DNA of 62,501 bases, the filler included, from Sphacelaria rigidula (lineage: Eukaryota): NCBI GenBank assembly GCA_964200075.2. It is 7 parts of 7 records of this genome, joined end to end, with 100 filler letters (N's around TTAATTAATTAA, not from the genome) between each part and the next. Parts side by side here need not be neighbours in the genome. Positions count along the whole stretch, not along the records: positions 1 to 8,844 come from CAXNAA020009958.1; positions 8,945 to 17,787 come from CAXNAA020009959.1; 5 more parts are not named here. One strand, given 5' to 3'. The translations under genes and the position numbers were made by a program. Position 1 is the stretch's first letter. The number at the start of each line of letters is the position of its first letter. Shown one piece after another: positions 1-12,100 of this stretch. The notes under the pieces were generated by a model. The model was not told the origin of the DNA and ran no database searches. It saw only the letters and a program-made list of their open reading frames with translations.

Positions 1-27
1 GATGGATATAAAAATAAAAATAAAAAA

Positions 28-63
<36 letters not shown>
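28..63. repeat. (AAT)n microsatellite at contig start
   Basis: Run of aat units seen directly; a similar (ATT)n run opens contig 7 at 53660-53692. Confidence 0.95.
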
Positions 64-581
64 CCCATACTCAGCCCTGCTGCCACCAGTTTAGAGGCCA
101 GCGGTTCAATATCCTCTTTGTTGAAAGGCCGGAACGTGCCATGCTTTTTATTCATCACGCCCGACAGATGATTGAGTGCATGGGAGAGGTTGAGGCGCAC
201 TGGGAACACGTCGTCTCCGCAAGCCTGTTAGGTCACCATATGCAATATGCGCCCCAGATCTATCGTTCTGTCGCTCCCCATCCTTGTTTACTCGTTGACG
301 GAAGTTTATCTCATCACTTTCCTAACCGCTACTCCGACGCAGGTGAGAAAAACAAATACTTGCGCGACAAATACGCGGAGCACTTCAACCAGTTTGGAAT
401 AGAAACCATCCAACGCGTGACTCATCAGTGATACCTGAACAGCCTTCTATTTTCAAAGTGATCAGTTACTATCGACTGCGAGGACACATGAGAGGAATGT
501 GGGCTCGCTCGAAGCGTGGAGCGGGGCGGGGAAGGCTCGAAGGAGGGAAGCGACTTCAACTTGGAAGGTCCGCGAAAAAAT

Positions 582-989
582 TGAGCCGGCGCCGGAACCT
601 AAAGCTGAACTCTGAGACCGGCGTTCCCGTTCCAGATAAGACACGTTGTCAGAGTGCAATTCACCCAAGTCTTACCCTACTCGTGGTATGTTACCGACTG
701 CTTAGCTGCCTTGCGGGTGAGTTGCTCATGTGCTATCACGCCTTTTTCAATCTTGGAGCAATTTTCATTCCACTTCATAGCCCAAGCATCAAAGTTTACG
801 CGCTGATAGACCTGCTGCCTCTCCATTAGATCGCCGTGCTGAGGGTGGTTGTGCTGCACGTTCATCTCAAACTTTCGTCCCTTTGTTTGCGTAGCTACCG
901 CGAGCTTACGGATGCACTCTGACAATGCATCCTACCCGGATCGGGAATGCCGACCTCAGAGTTCAGCTTCAGGTTCCGGCGCCGGCTCA
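582..989. repeat. Imperfect 77-bp inverted repeat with ~250-bp spacer
   Basis: 582-658 tgagccggcgccggaacctaaagctgaactctgag...ttgtcagagtgca is the near reverse complement of 913-989 tgcactctgacaa...ctcagagttcagcttcaggttccggcgccggctca. Confidence 0.85.
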
Positions 990-2246
990 GGATTATGCCG
1001 TCGGAGCTTGCAACAGCAGGGTGGGTCGACCTCATCACAGGAGAGCGGGTCATCTGGGATCAACCTTGGGGTTGTAGCCCGCCGAGGGGGAAATGTAGCG
1101 CCAAGAGCTCCTGTCCCAGTTGTGGGAGGAGGTGCCGCCGGTGGTTCGAGTAGTAGGCAAGCCAGCGCAACAGACAACACCTTACGGCGGCGAGGGCAGG
1201 AAACCTGTCAATAGAGCGGGCACTACAGTATGATCGAAATTTACACCGGGAATCATCACTCCAGGCTCGACGGCGGTTGCAGTGTAAAAAAGAGACAAGG
1301 AAGCATGGAAGGGATAAGTTGGGCAGGAACGGTCGCAATAGCAACGACGCACGTTCTTCCCATGAGAGTGCGACGACTGCCGGGCTGCTCTATACTAGCT
1401 GCGCACAACGCCAAATTCAAGACAAACGAAGTACGTTTTTCTAATTGATGTTTAAGGTACTGACCAAGTAGAGTGTTGACGTTCAATAACTGTAGTCTGT
1501 ACTGTTTGTATTGAACACTAGATAATCTAGTCCTGCGAGAATATTCATGAACATATTACTATCCCGATCTCCACAAGAACTAATGCATCTTGTTCGCCAT
1601 GCACACGTGGTGGTTTCACACACGCACACAGCATGGGCGTCTGGTTCTGGAAACATAGAGCATGACGCGCTACGCGGGTCATTTTTGGACCACGACTCTC
1701 GTGCTTCGCGCTCGTTCGATTGTTTATAACGACACGTGAGTATGAACTCGGTGCCACCGATCGGTGTCTGCAAAGGTTATCTGAACTGTGTGCGAGCCTA
1801 CCTTTTGGACCGCGCTTCTTGCCATTGTCCACCTCGGGAAACCTTCGTTTCCTTTGGTAAAACTTGACCGTCTAATGACCACTTTTCTGCGTCTGGTCTT
1901 CAACGGTTGAGATTCTGCAGGGCTCTACGAGCAACTTCCCGCTAGTGATGGTCGGCGCAGCTCCGGCCGCCTGCTTACCCTGCACCAGGTGGCAGCCTAC
2001 CACTTTGAGACCCATGCTGGTCGGAGTCTCTTGCCACAAAGTCGCCGAGTGCATTGCGATCCTGACTCATGGACAGCCCAACTGTGACCATAACGTTGCA
2101 GCTTAGTGAGTTCTTGCCGCGCGAGCGCATAACCTTCAGCGTCATCGGTTTCAACTCTATTACGACCTCTCTTAACACCCCCCGCTCAGCAACAGTCTTC
2201 TTTAGTTGATTCCTGTTGCACAACGGTCTGCACCAGTCTTCTCTAT

Positions 2247-2305
2247 CATGAGACCACGGCTGGACCCCTGGGGGGCCAGTTGAAGTGCGACAATCAATCA
2301 ATTAA
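2247..2305 (+). mobile_element. Retroposon-like 3' end with (ATCA)n tail; dispersed family
   Basis: gaccacggctggacccc...gttgaagtgcgacaatcaatcaa recurs at ~7374-7440 (+), ~29672-29720 (-), ~31075-31125 (-) and ~3385-3425 (-, interrupted by a MITE). A short tandem tail is typical of LINE/SINE 3' ends (inference). Confidence 0.6.
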
Positions 2306-2467
2306 TACCTGACACTCTTTTTTTTCGCTCTTGTTTTCTGTTTATTTTTTAGTTCTCCTCTACAGATAGGTACGTTATTTTCTTCAGTATTTCCCCCCTT
2401 TACTTTACTTTTCTTACTCGAAAAAAATAGTTGGTGGCGAGTTTTTTTACGATAGACCCCCCCCCCC

Positions 2468-2660
2468 CCAAATCAGCCCAAAACTGTTACGAAGCAAATC
2501 GTCATCCAACGCCTCATGTTTGGTTTCAGGCTGCATGAAGCGCTTCATGTGGGCGACATTGACGAAAACGAACCCAAGCGTGGGAATTCCCAGCTGCTCG
2601 CTATGCTCGGCTTATTTCATTTCGATTTACGTGTAGATTTTGCCTCCCCGAACTAGCCAC
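2468..2660 (+). repeat. Dispersed repeat family (caggctgcatgaagcg...gggcgacattg core)
   Basis: Reverse-complement copies at ~35774-35990 and ~62168-62400, partial copy ~61600-61690; related block ~19000-19450 matches ~61790-62160. Confidence 0.8.
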
Positions 2661-3423
2661 TTTTTTTGGGGGGGGGGGTGTACTTTTTTTTTGGGGGGGG
2701 GGGGCTATCGTGGAAAGTTCCTGGTGTTCACAACCGGGAAGGGAAGCAATACACCACACCAGCACACACCACGAACGAGTGTAAGCCCTCATGGAAGGTG
2801 GCGACACTGTTGGCGTCAACGATGACGTGGGTGGGGTACCATCATCAGTTGCCACGGGTCCTTCGGCGGCGAGTGGTGGTGTAGTATCTTGAATTGCACT
2901 TCGACATTTTCGGTGTTCGTGTTCTGTGAACGTCCCACGTCGCTACACCACACGCTGGAGCGAGAAGAATAAAAAACAACATACAATAATGTATCAATAT
3001 CGTACATCACCGTGCGCTGTTACCGTGATGGCCAAATCCTCGTGACTGATTACCGCGGTAAAATTACCGTGATGGCCGATTATCGTGGAAATATACGGTG
3101 CATTACCGTGATAGCTGATACGTAAATTTTTCGTGGTGGCCAACTACCGTCCTGAAATACGGTGCATTACCGTGGTTGCCTAATACCGTGGAAGATGTCA
3201 ACAAGGTTAACAACAGTCGACGAGAAGAGCCCTGATATTCTGACAACTTCATCAGGCTGCAGACTACAACAACGGTACACTGCGCAATACTGTACTGTAC
3301 TGTAGTATTCATCCGCGCGGTGACGTTGGGTCTCTCGCATACATTTCACAGTGTGGGACGCTCGACCTTTTAACCCTTTTGGCACTTGATTGATTGATTG
3401 ATTGAGTCATTGTCGCACATTAA

Positions 3424-3510
3424 CCCTTTTGGAACCGTTGATAGAAAAATGATGGTTCACAATTGACGTTTTCTTGGGCAAGATATGGTTGTTTTTCTGC
3501 AAGTGCTGCT

Positions 3511-3541
<31 letters not shown>

Positions 3542-3715
3542 CTGATGATGCTGATGATGATGCCGCAGCCCACCAAAACGGTGCACCACTCTCAGTTCAA
3601 GTATAATAATGTGACAGATTCGTGCACCGAACTCGAAGCGACGTTTTCCCGGTGACGAAAGCTCGCATATGGGACTTTGTAAACCGTCACTTTTCCACCA
3701 ACGGTTCCAAAAGGG
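3424..3715. mobile_element. piggyBac-type MITE
   Basis: TTAA on both sides (3420-23, 3716-19); termini CCCTTTTGGAACCGTTG / CAACGGTTCCAAAAGGG, imperfect TIR extending to ~39 bp; second, more diverged copy at ~11825-12059. Confidence 0.9.
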
Positions 3716-4369
3716 TTAACTGACTGGCGATGGAAAAATGTGGATTTCGTGTGATTGAGCTTTTACAGCTTTCACAGAAAACTATTAGCCCGAGGCATGT
3801 TTTTCAGACGTGTATAAAAATGTGCCCCAGTGCAGCACGGGACTTGGTATATCGCAAATAGACAGTTGGTGCCGATTTTTGTTTGTATAGAAATCAGGAA
3901 CGCAAGTGCTAATTTTACCTGTGTGCACAACCTTGAACACACTCGACCCGTTGCGTCCCCTCATTGAACAAAACTAACCAGACCAGGATGACATTTTTGG
4001 TGCGCGCCTGACGTATGCTGGTGGATTATTGTGCGGTCTTCCGCCGTAAAAATGGTTGCCGTCGGTGTTCTCTGTTCCCATCTTTTTGTTCTTCCTCAGG
4101 GCTTGAAATAACGAGGCGTCTGACCCGGCGACAGAGGGGGGAGTTTCCCAAAGCTCCTATCTGGATTGGTTTGATGGGAAATGCGCAACAAGAAATAACC
4201 CAGCGACTGCGGCGACATCCTCATACTGCAACACGACAGAGCACATTGCGGCATCGACTTTCTTCTTCCAATTGGCAAGTCAGGGCAGTAGACCTCGCGA
4301 TATAGTCAGGGAGGGCGCCTCTTGATCTACAACAGTAGGGAGGAGCACCTTGTATTTGAGAGCTGTGAC

Positions 4370-4590
4370 GGTATCAGTGCAGTACTACGAGGGAAAGGGA
4401 CTGCTGGACCCCTCTCGCGATAAAAAATGAAAGGCAAGCACTGCGGAAGGAAGGTGAAATACTAAAACAAATAAAAATAAAAAAACTCTTGTGTTGGCTT
4501 TTCTCCTGTGTGACCTGTGACGCCGGCCGGTGCGCCCACATATACCGAAAGGTGTAGACCAGCGTCAAGAATAGATGGGATGACAAGAAA
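4370..4590 (+). mobile_element. Body fragment of tRNA-derived SINE
   Basis: acgagggaaagggactgctggacccctctcgcgataaaaa...aagaatagatgggatgaca is the reverse complement of 27430-27625; the same body is joined to a tRNA-like head at 58570-58763. Confidence 0.7.
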
Positions 4591-4927
4591 AAAAAACTGA
4601 TGGGACAATCAGTCCAGTGCAATCCGTACACTATCACAGTCAGTACAGCACAGTATGCCCAATCTCTCATCTTCACTTCTTGACAACATTTCTGAATTGA
4701 AATAAGCAAAATGAATTCTAAGCTGGGACATGGTATCATCGGAAGACGTGAGTTGGCGCTGACATTCATTACTGTAGATAGGCGGCGAAGCTCAACCGCA
4801 TCGCCTGCTTCATCTTAGTCTACACTGACCCACCAGAGATGCCTCATCCCCCTGTTGAAACAGCGATACCACCTTCTGTATGTAAGCATAGCGGGGGGCC
4901 TATTAATAAAAGCGATCCGTGCCTTAC

Positions 4928-4979
4928 CGATGCCTGGCTGCTTCCGGCACATAACCAGATCCGGATGATGCTTTGCCAT
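4928..4979 (-). CDS. PHF5A: PHD finger-like domain protein 5A (SF3b subunit, Rds3 ortholog), first coding exon only
   Basis: MAKHHPDLVMCRKQPGI is the near-invariant PHF5A N-terminus, followed by a G|GTAAG donor (phase 1). I could not find downstream exons in 1-4927. Confidence 0.88.
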
Positions 4980-5149
4980 GGTCGATACGCGACCAAAACC
5001 AGGTGCAGGAGAGACGCTCACTACAAAACGGAGCTCAAGCCCCGAGGTCAATCGAAAATGGTCAAAATATGTGCGTAGCATCTATACAAACTGACAGTCC
5101 CGCGACTTCACCTTCTCACAATCGAGTTTCTTTACACTGACAACTTGTG
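4980..5149. promoter_or_regulatory. Putative bidirectional promoter/5'UTRs
   Basis: Only 170 bp between the divergent ATGs of PHF5A (4979, -) and the Faf1-like gene (5150, +). Confidence 0.6.
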
Positions 5150-7804
5150 ATGGCTAGAGGAAGGAAAGGGACACCGGTTGCTTCATCAGCCGATGGTGTT
5201 CAAGTCATTGAAGCTCCCGGAGCTTTCTCAACGGCACAAGCGACAAAGGTGATACGCTTGCTAGCGGAAACAACAGTCGGACGGTAATGGTTCAAGGTAC
5301 TGTACGGCGCAGATCATGGCCGTTAGTCCGCTAGACCGTTGCCGTCCATACTCTCATCGGTGCGATGGTATTTCCCCCGTGTTCACACACACACAACCAC
5401 TCTGCCTTGGAATGCGGTGAATGTAGTATCAAAGCCAGAGCGGTAAAGCATCATCACGTTACACTACAGTAGAGTAAACGAAATCTGGATACGCGAAAAC
5501 GAAATTGTTCCGAAATTATTCAATACTCCCTATAAAGCTAGCCTGCACGCTATCGAAAGGGAACAGGACTGCATCTCTCAGTGGCGATGGTGATGGTGAA
5601 GGTGTGCGCGTTCACATGTGACGCAGAATAATTTACTCAGATCATACGCTGTGATAAAGTTACTACGACTACATCGATTACACCCAAGTTGTCCCCCGAT
5701 AAGAGTTCAGAGCGACTGCTGGCTTGACGACTTGACAGCTATTTCACACGTCGACAAAAAAACATCATGAGTGTCTCTTTAGCGCCTTTTTTTGCACATT
5801 TTTTGCGTGTCTTGATTTTCACTATCCCGTGGTGTCAGATGCTTGCTGGGAAGGTGCACTCTTGGTCTTCGTGTGGTGCGTTGTTATGTCTTGCTTGATG
5901 AAACGAGGGTGCATCTCGTAAAATCGATTCAGCGCGTATCTGTTGAAATTTCGGAGTAGGGGTCTTGGTTACTCATTTGGCGAGTGCATAGTGATGCTTT
6001 GCATCTGTGTGGATAGAATGCCCCAACCGCTTTACTACACAGCAGTTCAGGGCGAACTTCGCCAGCGTATGCGCGTTGCTATATTCCTCAGGCAACCCGT
6101 GGGTGTAATGTCGGGCTTGCTAAGCTGCGAAGCAGTCAGCGGACGACAAGTGGAGTGCGCGGTTGGTGTGATGATGACGGTTTAATAAAATTAGAGTCTG
6201 ATGCCGAAGTGAATATCGTTTGTGGAGCGGGGTGTTATTCAATTTGAACGGGCCGCGCCGGTGCGTTGATCCTGCCCGTTGTTTTTTGTTCTCCGGCGGC
6301 GCTGATAGGCACCACAGCCAATAGACGACGAATAGAAAAAGATGAAACGGGAGTGCAGAGTATATCCGAGCATGTTATGCCCGTGTGTGTGTGTTTCTAC
6401 ACGAGCCCGGCCAAAGTCCTCCAGCTCTGAAAATGCATTACTGTAGTCTGAATGGAGTTTTGTTGTTTCGCTCACCAACATGAACTGTTGAAAAGTTTTC
6501 CTTTTCCTCGCCCGTCCGATCCTTTGCATGCGGTTTACTATGGTAGCCTTTGCACCTTGTCGGGCCGCAGGGCGCTGTAGTGAGCTACATCGGTCAATTC
6601 TTGCAGCAGACCGTGTCGCATGTCAGCCCGGTCTCCATCATCCGTATGCCTCCATAACACCCGTACCCCTCAGGCAAAACGGCCCAAGCCGCGGTTTCTC
6701 AAGCCTTCACTCGATGGCAAGACCAGTAAGGACGATGACGCGGCTGGTCGCAAGCGCCCTCGTGCGCCGGAGTGGGAGCGAGAGTACCAGCAGATTTGGA
6801 AAACTGTGAACGAGCTGGGTGCCGAGCAGTTCACGGGAAAGGCGAAGAAGGCGTATGAGGCTCGCAAGATCGTTGAGCGTGGCGGCCGCGTGAGTGGGCG
6901 TGCTGGCCTGAGTTTCTACTATGAATAGCCGTTATTTATGCTGCTGTGTTCTAAACGCCGTGTTATGCGGCTGATTTACAGAGGTACTTCGACTAAGTAC
7001 CTGTCTCCGACTAAGTACCTGTCTCTCGCTTTCAACATGTGATTGCGGCGTATAAATTTCGCAATGGTTCGTTCATCTGACCTTCAATGTAAATGACACA
7101 GACAGTGTAACACCCACAGGTGGAGGTATTATACCCGCCCAGTAAACCATTACCCTTGGGTGTCATTTGCGGAAGTAGTCTGCAATGTTGCCATACAGTA
7201 CCGTAGGATATTGGGATCGTGCCCAAAATCGCCGAGAACTGATCACCCGGGGGTACTGTTCAGGGGTGTAGGGTATTTGATCAACGTACGCGTTTCACAG
7301 TGTATGAAGTATGGTGAAACCGGCGGATGAGGGTAAATATGAATTACTCCCAGGTACTCTTGAGTACGTCTTTCATGTGACCACGGCTGGGTCCCTGGCG
7401 GGTCAGTTAGAATTCGACAATCAATTAATCAATAAATCAACCTTCCTGGGGCATGAATACCCAAAGATACCCGAACTCGGGCTCTATCGTACCCCGACCA
7501 CCTTTGAAAATCCCCACGATCTTGTTCAACCTTTTCGTCGTTGTTCTGTTGCTCTCTAGGCTCCGACGGAGGTGCGAATGCCCTACGTGATGCTGCAGGG
7601 CATCCGAAAGAAGGCCAAACAGCGCGAGGAGCGCCTAGCGGCAATGGAAGCCGAGGCGGGCATGGTAACCGGGAAGGTAGTCGGGTCCGCGAGGAGAGCG
7701 TCTTCCAACACAAATCGTGCCCGCACAAGCGGTGGCGAGCGAGGGACAGGCAGCGGCAGGACTAATAGAGGTGGCGGCGGCAGTGAACGAAGCAGCAGCT
7801 CCGG
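5150..7804 (+). CDS. C1orf131/Faf1-like (DUF4602) 40S ribosome biogenesis factor, 3' end uncertain
   Basis: Phase-consistent exons 5150-5248, 6674-6889, 7560-7804 (or read-through to stop at 7820) with GT-AG. Joined peptide ...VNELGAEQFTGKAKKAYEARKIVERGGR|APTEVRMPYVMLQGIRKKAKQREER resembles the DUF4602/Faf1 motif (recalled). Confidence 0.68.
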
Positions 7805-8374
7805 GTGCGTGTCACTTTAACGAGAGCATTCGATGTTATCTTAGCCTGCAGGAGTTTATTCTTTCCACACATGTCTGCGTTTTTTTCTTTTGAGAGGTCA
7901 TGAATTGCATTTTTGCCTCGAGTTATCGCTGTCAGATGAGCACCTCCCCAGGAGGGCGGGGCGGGGGGGGCTAGTACAAACTTGTAGTCGTATCAGTGCC
8001 TTTCTAGGATGTTTGGGTGGCGTATGCAGGTCTTTTTCGACTTTGTATGACGTTCATCCCACGCTATCGCCCAGAACGCGCTCGACGAGCTCACAGCTGA
8101 TACACTGTACTGTTGTGCCCATAGCTGCAAAACGCTCGTCAGCACCTGGCTTAGCCAATCGTCTGCTCGACCGCTCTGGAGACCTTTGGAATAGTAAGTA
8201 CCTACTAGAACATGAGTATTGTAAGGTGCAGCAGTCAGACCAGTGTTTTTGTGAAGGGCCTGCGGTTTCAGTTCTAATGTCAGCTCCCTCTACACTAAAT
8301 TTATTCATGCAACAACGGGGAGCTCTACGTTCTGCTCTACTGTGTGGTTTTAATTTGTCGCCACATTTTCAACC

Positions 8375-8640
8375 CTTCCCCTCCTCTTCGGGACGAGTCC
8401 GTGGTATCTGGGGATCAACCCATGTCCCCCCCGGTAGGTGCCTTGCTTTTTTGGTATCGCGGATTGGATCATGACTACCAGCACTCCATCCCTCACCGCG
8501 TCGACTATCATCGAACAAACTCAGCCGAAAAGACTAGATTTTACCTGTCACGTCCTCGTGCTTTCAACGACGGAGATGAGACACACAAGTACTTCGAAGC
8601 AAAAAATACAAACTTATGTGGCGGGGATCGGACCCACGTT
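8375..8640 (+). repeat. Dispersed repeat family (tcgcggattgg core)
   Basis: Homologous copies at ~9735-10010 and ~35040-35170, partial ~33870-33930. Confidence 0.7.
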
Positions 8641-8844
8641 CTTTCCCCTCTACTTGTGTCGGTTGTACCAGTGCGCTACTGGGGGGCAGCTATTGTATCA
8701 CGAGGATTGACCTATCCCCCCGAAATCGCACTGCTCCGTCTCGAAAGATATGCGTGGTCACTGGTCAGGTGACTAAGGCAAGCAAGAAGTGAGGACCCCT
8801 TCCCCCCCGCCCCCCCCCCCCCCACCTCCCGCCTCCTTCCTTCG

Positions 8845-8944
8845 NNNNNNNNNNNNNNNNNNNNNNNNNNNNNNNNNNNNNNNNNNNNTTAATTAATTAA
8901 NNNNNNNNNNNNNNNNNNNNNNNNNNNNNNNNNNNNNNNNNNNN
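8845..8944. other. Artificial contig spacer 1
   Basis: 44 N + TTAATTAATTAA (stops in all six frames) + 44 N. Confidence 0.99.
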
Positions 8945-9122
8945 CTGATTTATTAAAAAGGGGGCTGCCGAATTTGAAAAAACGACGCAAGGTCGGTCAT
9001 AATAAAAGTGTGGTGGATTTTTATTTCCCTGCACATGGGAAGTATAATTTTTTTCCCCCCCTCCCTTCTATCTCTCGGTGGTTGTTGCCAGCGGCCTTGG
9101 CGACCGTTTGCGTCTTCACTAG

Positions 9123-12100
9123 GACCCAAGCCCATAGTGCCCCCAAACTCCGGGATAATACGCGGATATAACAGCTTCGTGGCTAACGAGGGCGGTGGCG
9201 ATGGAAAGGTGATGCATGTTTTGGTTTGAAGCCAGAGGCAATAACAACACTTTTCTGGGTGTGAGCGCTGTCGGTTTGTTGAACGAGCGTGTTTTTTTTT
9301 TTCTCCATGTTAATGAGATGGAATTTGTCTTGTCAACTATGCTCGTGGTGGTGAAAATTTGGTTGCATCGATTGTTTTTTTTTTGTGGGCGATCATTATC
9401 GGTAGCACAGGAGGAATGTGGGGATATGCCGTTGGTTGCGTAAGATATCACACCTTCATGAGATATCATACCCCCTTGAAAAATTTACACAATACCACAC
9501 CCGTGGTCTATATTTTTTAATCCCGAATGCTGCTTTTTTCATAAAACGCACGGGTTAAGGTGTGATGGTTTTTCGAGGCCACGATGTCATCGCATACGGG
9601 TGGGATATCTACGGTATCTACATATAATTTTGTCTGCATACACGCGCTATCATAGTTTGTGTCGTAATGGTGAGAAGTATGTAAAGCATCTGCATGATAT
9701 CATCCATCTTCTCTTTTTTTCCCCACACTCTGAACCCCTCCCCTTCCTCAGGACGAGTCCGTGGTTCAGCTCATCTCTCCCCCCGTGTACACTCCTTGCA
9801 TTTTGATCTCGCGGATTGGGTCCGTACTCCCGCATCGCGCCACCTCTCGCCAAACAAATTCAGTCGCAACTGTTGAAATTTGCCTACAATACTTGACGTA
9901 CATCCGCTGTCGACGGTCGAAATCAGATACTAGGACTCTGAGAAGAGGAGGCGAACGAACGCATTCTGGCGGGAATCGAGCCCACGTTTCCTCCGCCCTC
10001 AACCTCATGTTGACAATCGGACCATTTAGACCAGCTGTTGGTCCGATTAATCATAATCCTTTTTTCTTTAATTTTTATTTTTTTGTCGCACGCGAGACAG
10101 CAGTCCAATGACAAAGACACGGACAAACAGTGCTGCGATCACGGCCACGGCGGGGCCACAAAGGACACGGCAGAAGATGAGCGCAAGGAAAAGGATCTGC
10201 GAACAGGTGTGTGACCAACAAGCTGACCTGCGTTAGCTTGTGCTGGCTGGCAAGGCGATCGTTGTGTGGATGTAGCTAAATGACGGACGGTCTCCCTCCG
10301 TGACGTCTCCACGGGCGTGCTTCACCTACGTGCATACCTCTTTGTTCCTGAACGCTTGTCGTCCTCTTGAAATATTCTTATTTTTATCTTGCCCGCACAT
10401 TCGCGCGATCGCTCGAACCCGTGGTCACAGACCGAGGTCCGCCTTGAATTATTAGTCCAAATTGCCCCCGTCCCCGTCCCCCTTCCCCCACGAACTGTAG
10501 CTGTTCTTTCGTGGAGGCGTTCGCTGCAGCAGGCGGCGCACAGCCCTGCACACAACCAACGTAACAGGAGATCCTACCCGGCTGCGTATATCAGTCAATA
10601 TCCCAGCGGTCAATGTCCTTATCACTGCGCTTGCCTTATGCTCGCTGATGCTCTTGATCAAACGTCCATCCCCGTCGTGTTGTCGGGTGTTTGACTTTGG
10701 GTTTTCCCCACATCTGGGTACATCTCACAGAACACAACCTTGAAATATACTGTCTATACGAGTACAGTAGTGTTGTTCACATCCGCGACATGTCCCGTGA
10801 TTTTCGATGCAGGGTGATGTCCATGTCGTGTGTCTCCCGGGTTTATTATTTGTCGGCCGAGGCACCGGCGAATGAGCTATGGTAACGAAGCAACGCCATC
10901 AATGTATAGGAGGGATGGCATTTGTTTAGATGAGGCATTTCTCGATGATGAAAAGAGGGCGTGCACTGTTTGGAAATGCTGAACGGCTTCTCTGCCGCGA
11001 CTGCTATACAGTAGAAGTGTACGTACTCTTTTTTTTTTCTCGCTGAGATAATGACCCCTTAGCGTTATATTGGAAGGAGAAAGACGGGGGGGGGGGGGGG
11101 GTTTTGCCGGAAGTAGCGAAGAGGAAAACATTGGATAGATTCTTGCTGTCGTTGTCATTGTTTTCACCTTACAAATTGGTCTACTCCGTGCGAAAAAAAT
11201 GATGTTTGCGCAGTGCTGCAGGAAGAAGACGACGAAGATGAATCGTTCGACATTACGCAGCATCCGATTTGGAACAAGGAGTCCGTGGAGTACCTTCTAG
11301 AGAATAATAAGAGGTGCGCCATAAGTAGGGCCCCAATTCGGCGGAGATGCGAGAGTCTCCCGATCTGAGCAGGAGGGTTATGAACCAAAAGTCGACGTCC
11401 AGAAAATCGGAGAATTGATCTGGTTTCCTCAGAGGTGGCCGAAAAATATTACCCAACAAACTCGGGTCCGAAAAATAGGTCCCCGGGAGAAAGTCGCGTG
11501 TAAACGTGCTGAACTGCTCATAATTGTACAAATACGGGTTGGTTGCCGTACTAAATGGTGTGAGCAATGTGTAAATGTTTTAAACCTTTCGACTGCGACT
11601 CGGTCATATTCCAGTACATTCTGGTGTACATGTACTTTCGTGACTGTTGTAAAGATTGTTTTACGGGTCGAAGCACGAGTGATCCTACCGTGAAGATCCC
11701 ATGAAGGCCTCGCAACCTTGCACGGGCGAGTAAAAGACCAGATCGAAACAAAATCTGAATGTTCGCCTTATGGTATAGTGTTGTTCTAAATAGTTCATAC
11801 GTCGGACAACTGAACTCGTCTTAACCCCTTCGGAACCATTGATGAACAAATGGCGGTGTTACAATTGACGTTTTGTTGGGCAAGATATGGTTGTTTTTTC
11901 TTCAAGTGTTGATGATGCAGCCCCACCAAAACGGAGCACCACTCTGAGTTAAAGTATACCAATGTGACAGATTCGTGCACCGAACTCGAAGTGACGTTTT
12001 CTCTGTGACGAAAGCTCGCATGTGGGAGTTTGTACTGTTTTTCGCGAGTTCCAAAAGGGTTCCCTCGAGGGAACCTATTTTCGTGGAACCCAGCCGTGCC

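Noticed and set aside
141..431. Retroviral-type integrase fragment
   Set aside because: Two weak resemblances (ARQMI..WEH, YSDAG..FGI) occur in the wrong order; unsupported.
3407..3589. Poly-His/Gln protein ORFs (also 31693-32055)
   Set aside because: Translations of microsatellites.
8889..8900. Conserved TTAATTAATTAA motif repeated six times
   Set aside because: Synthetic six-frame-stop linker.
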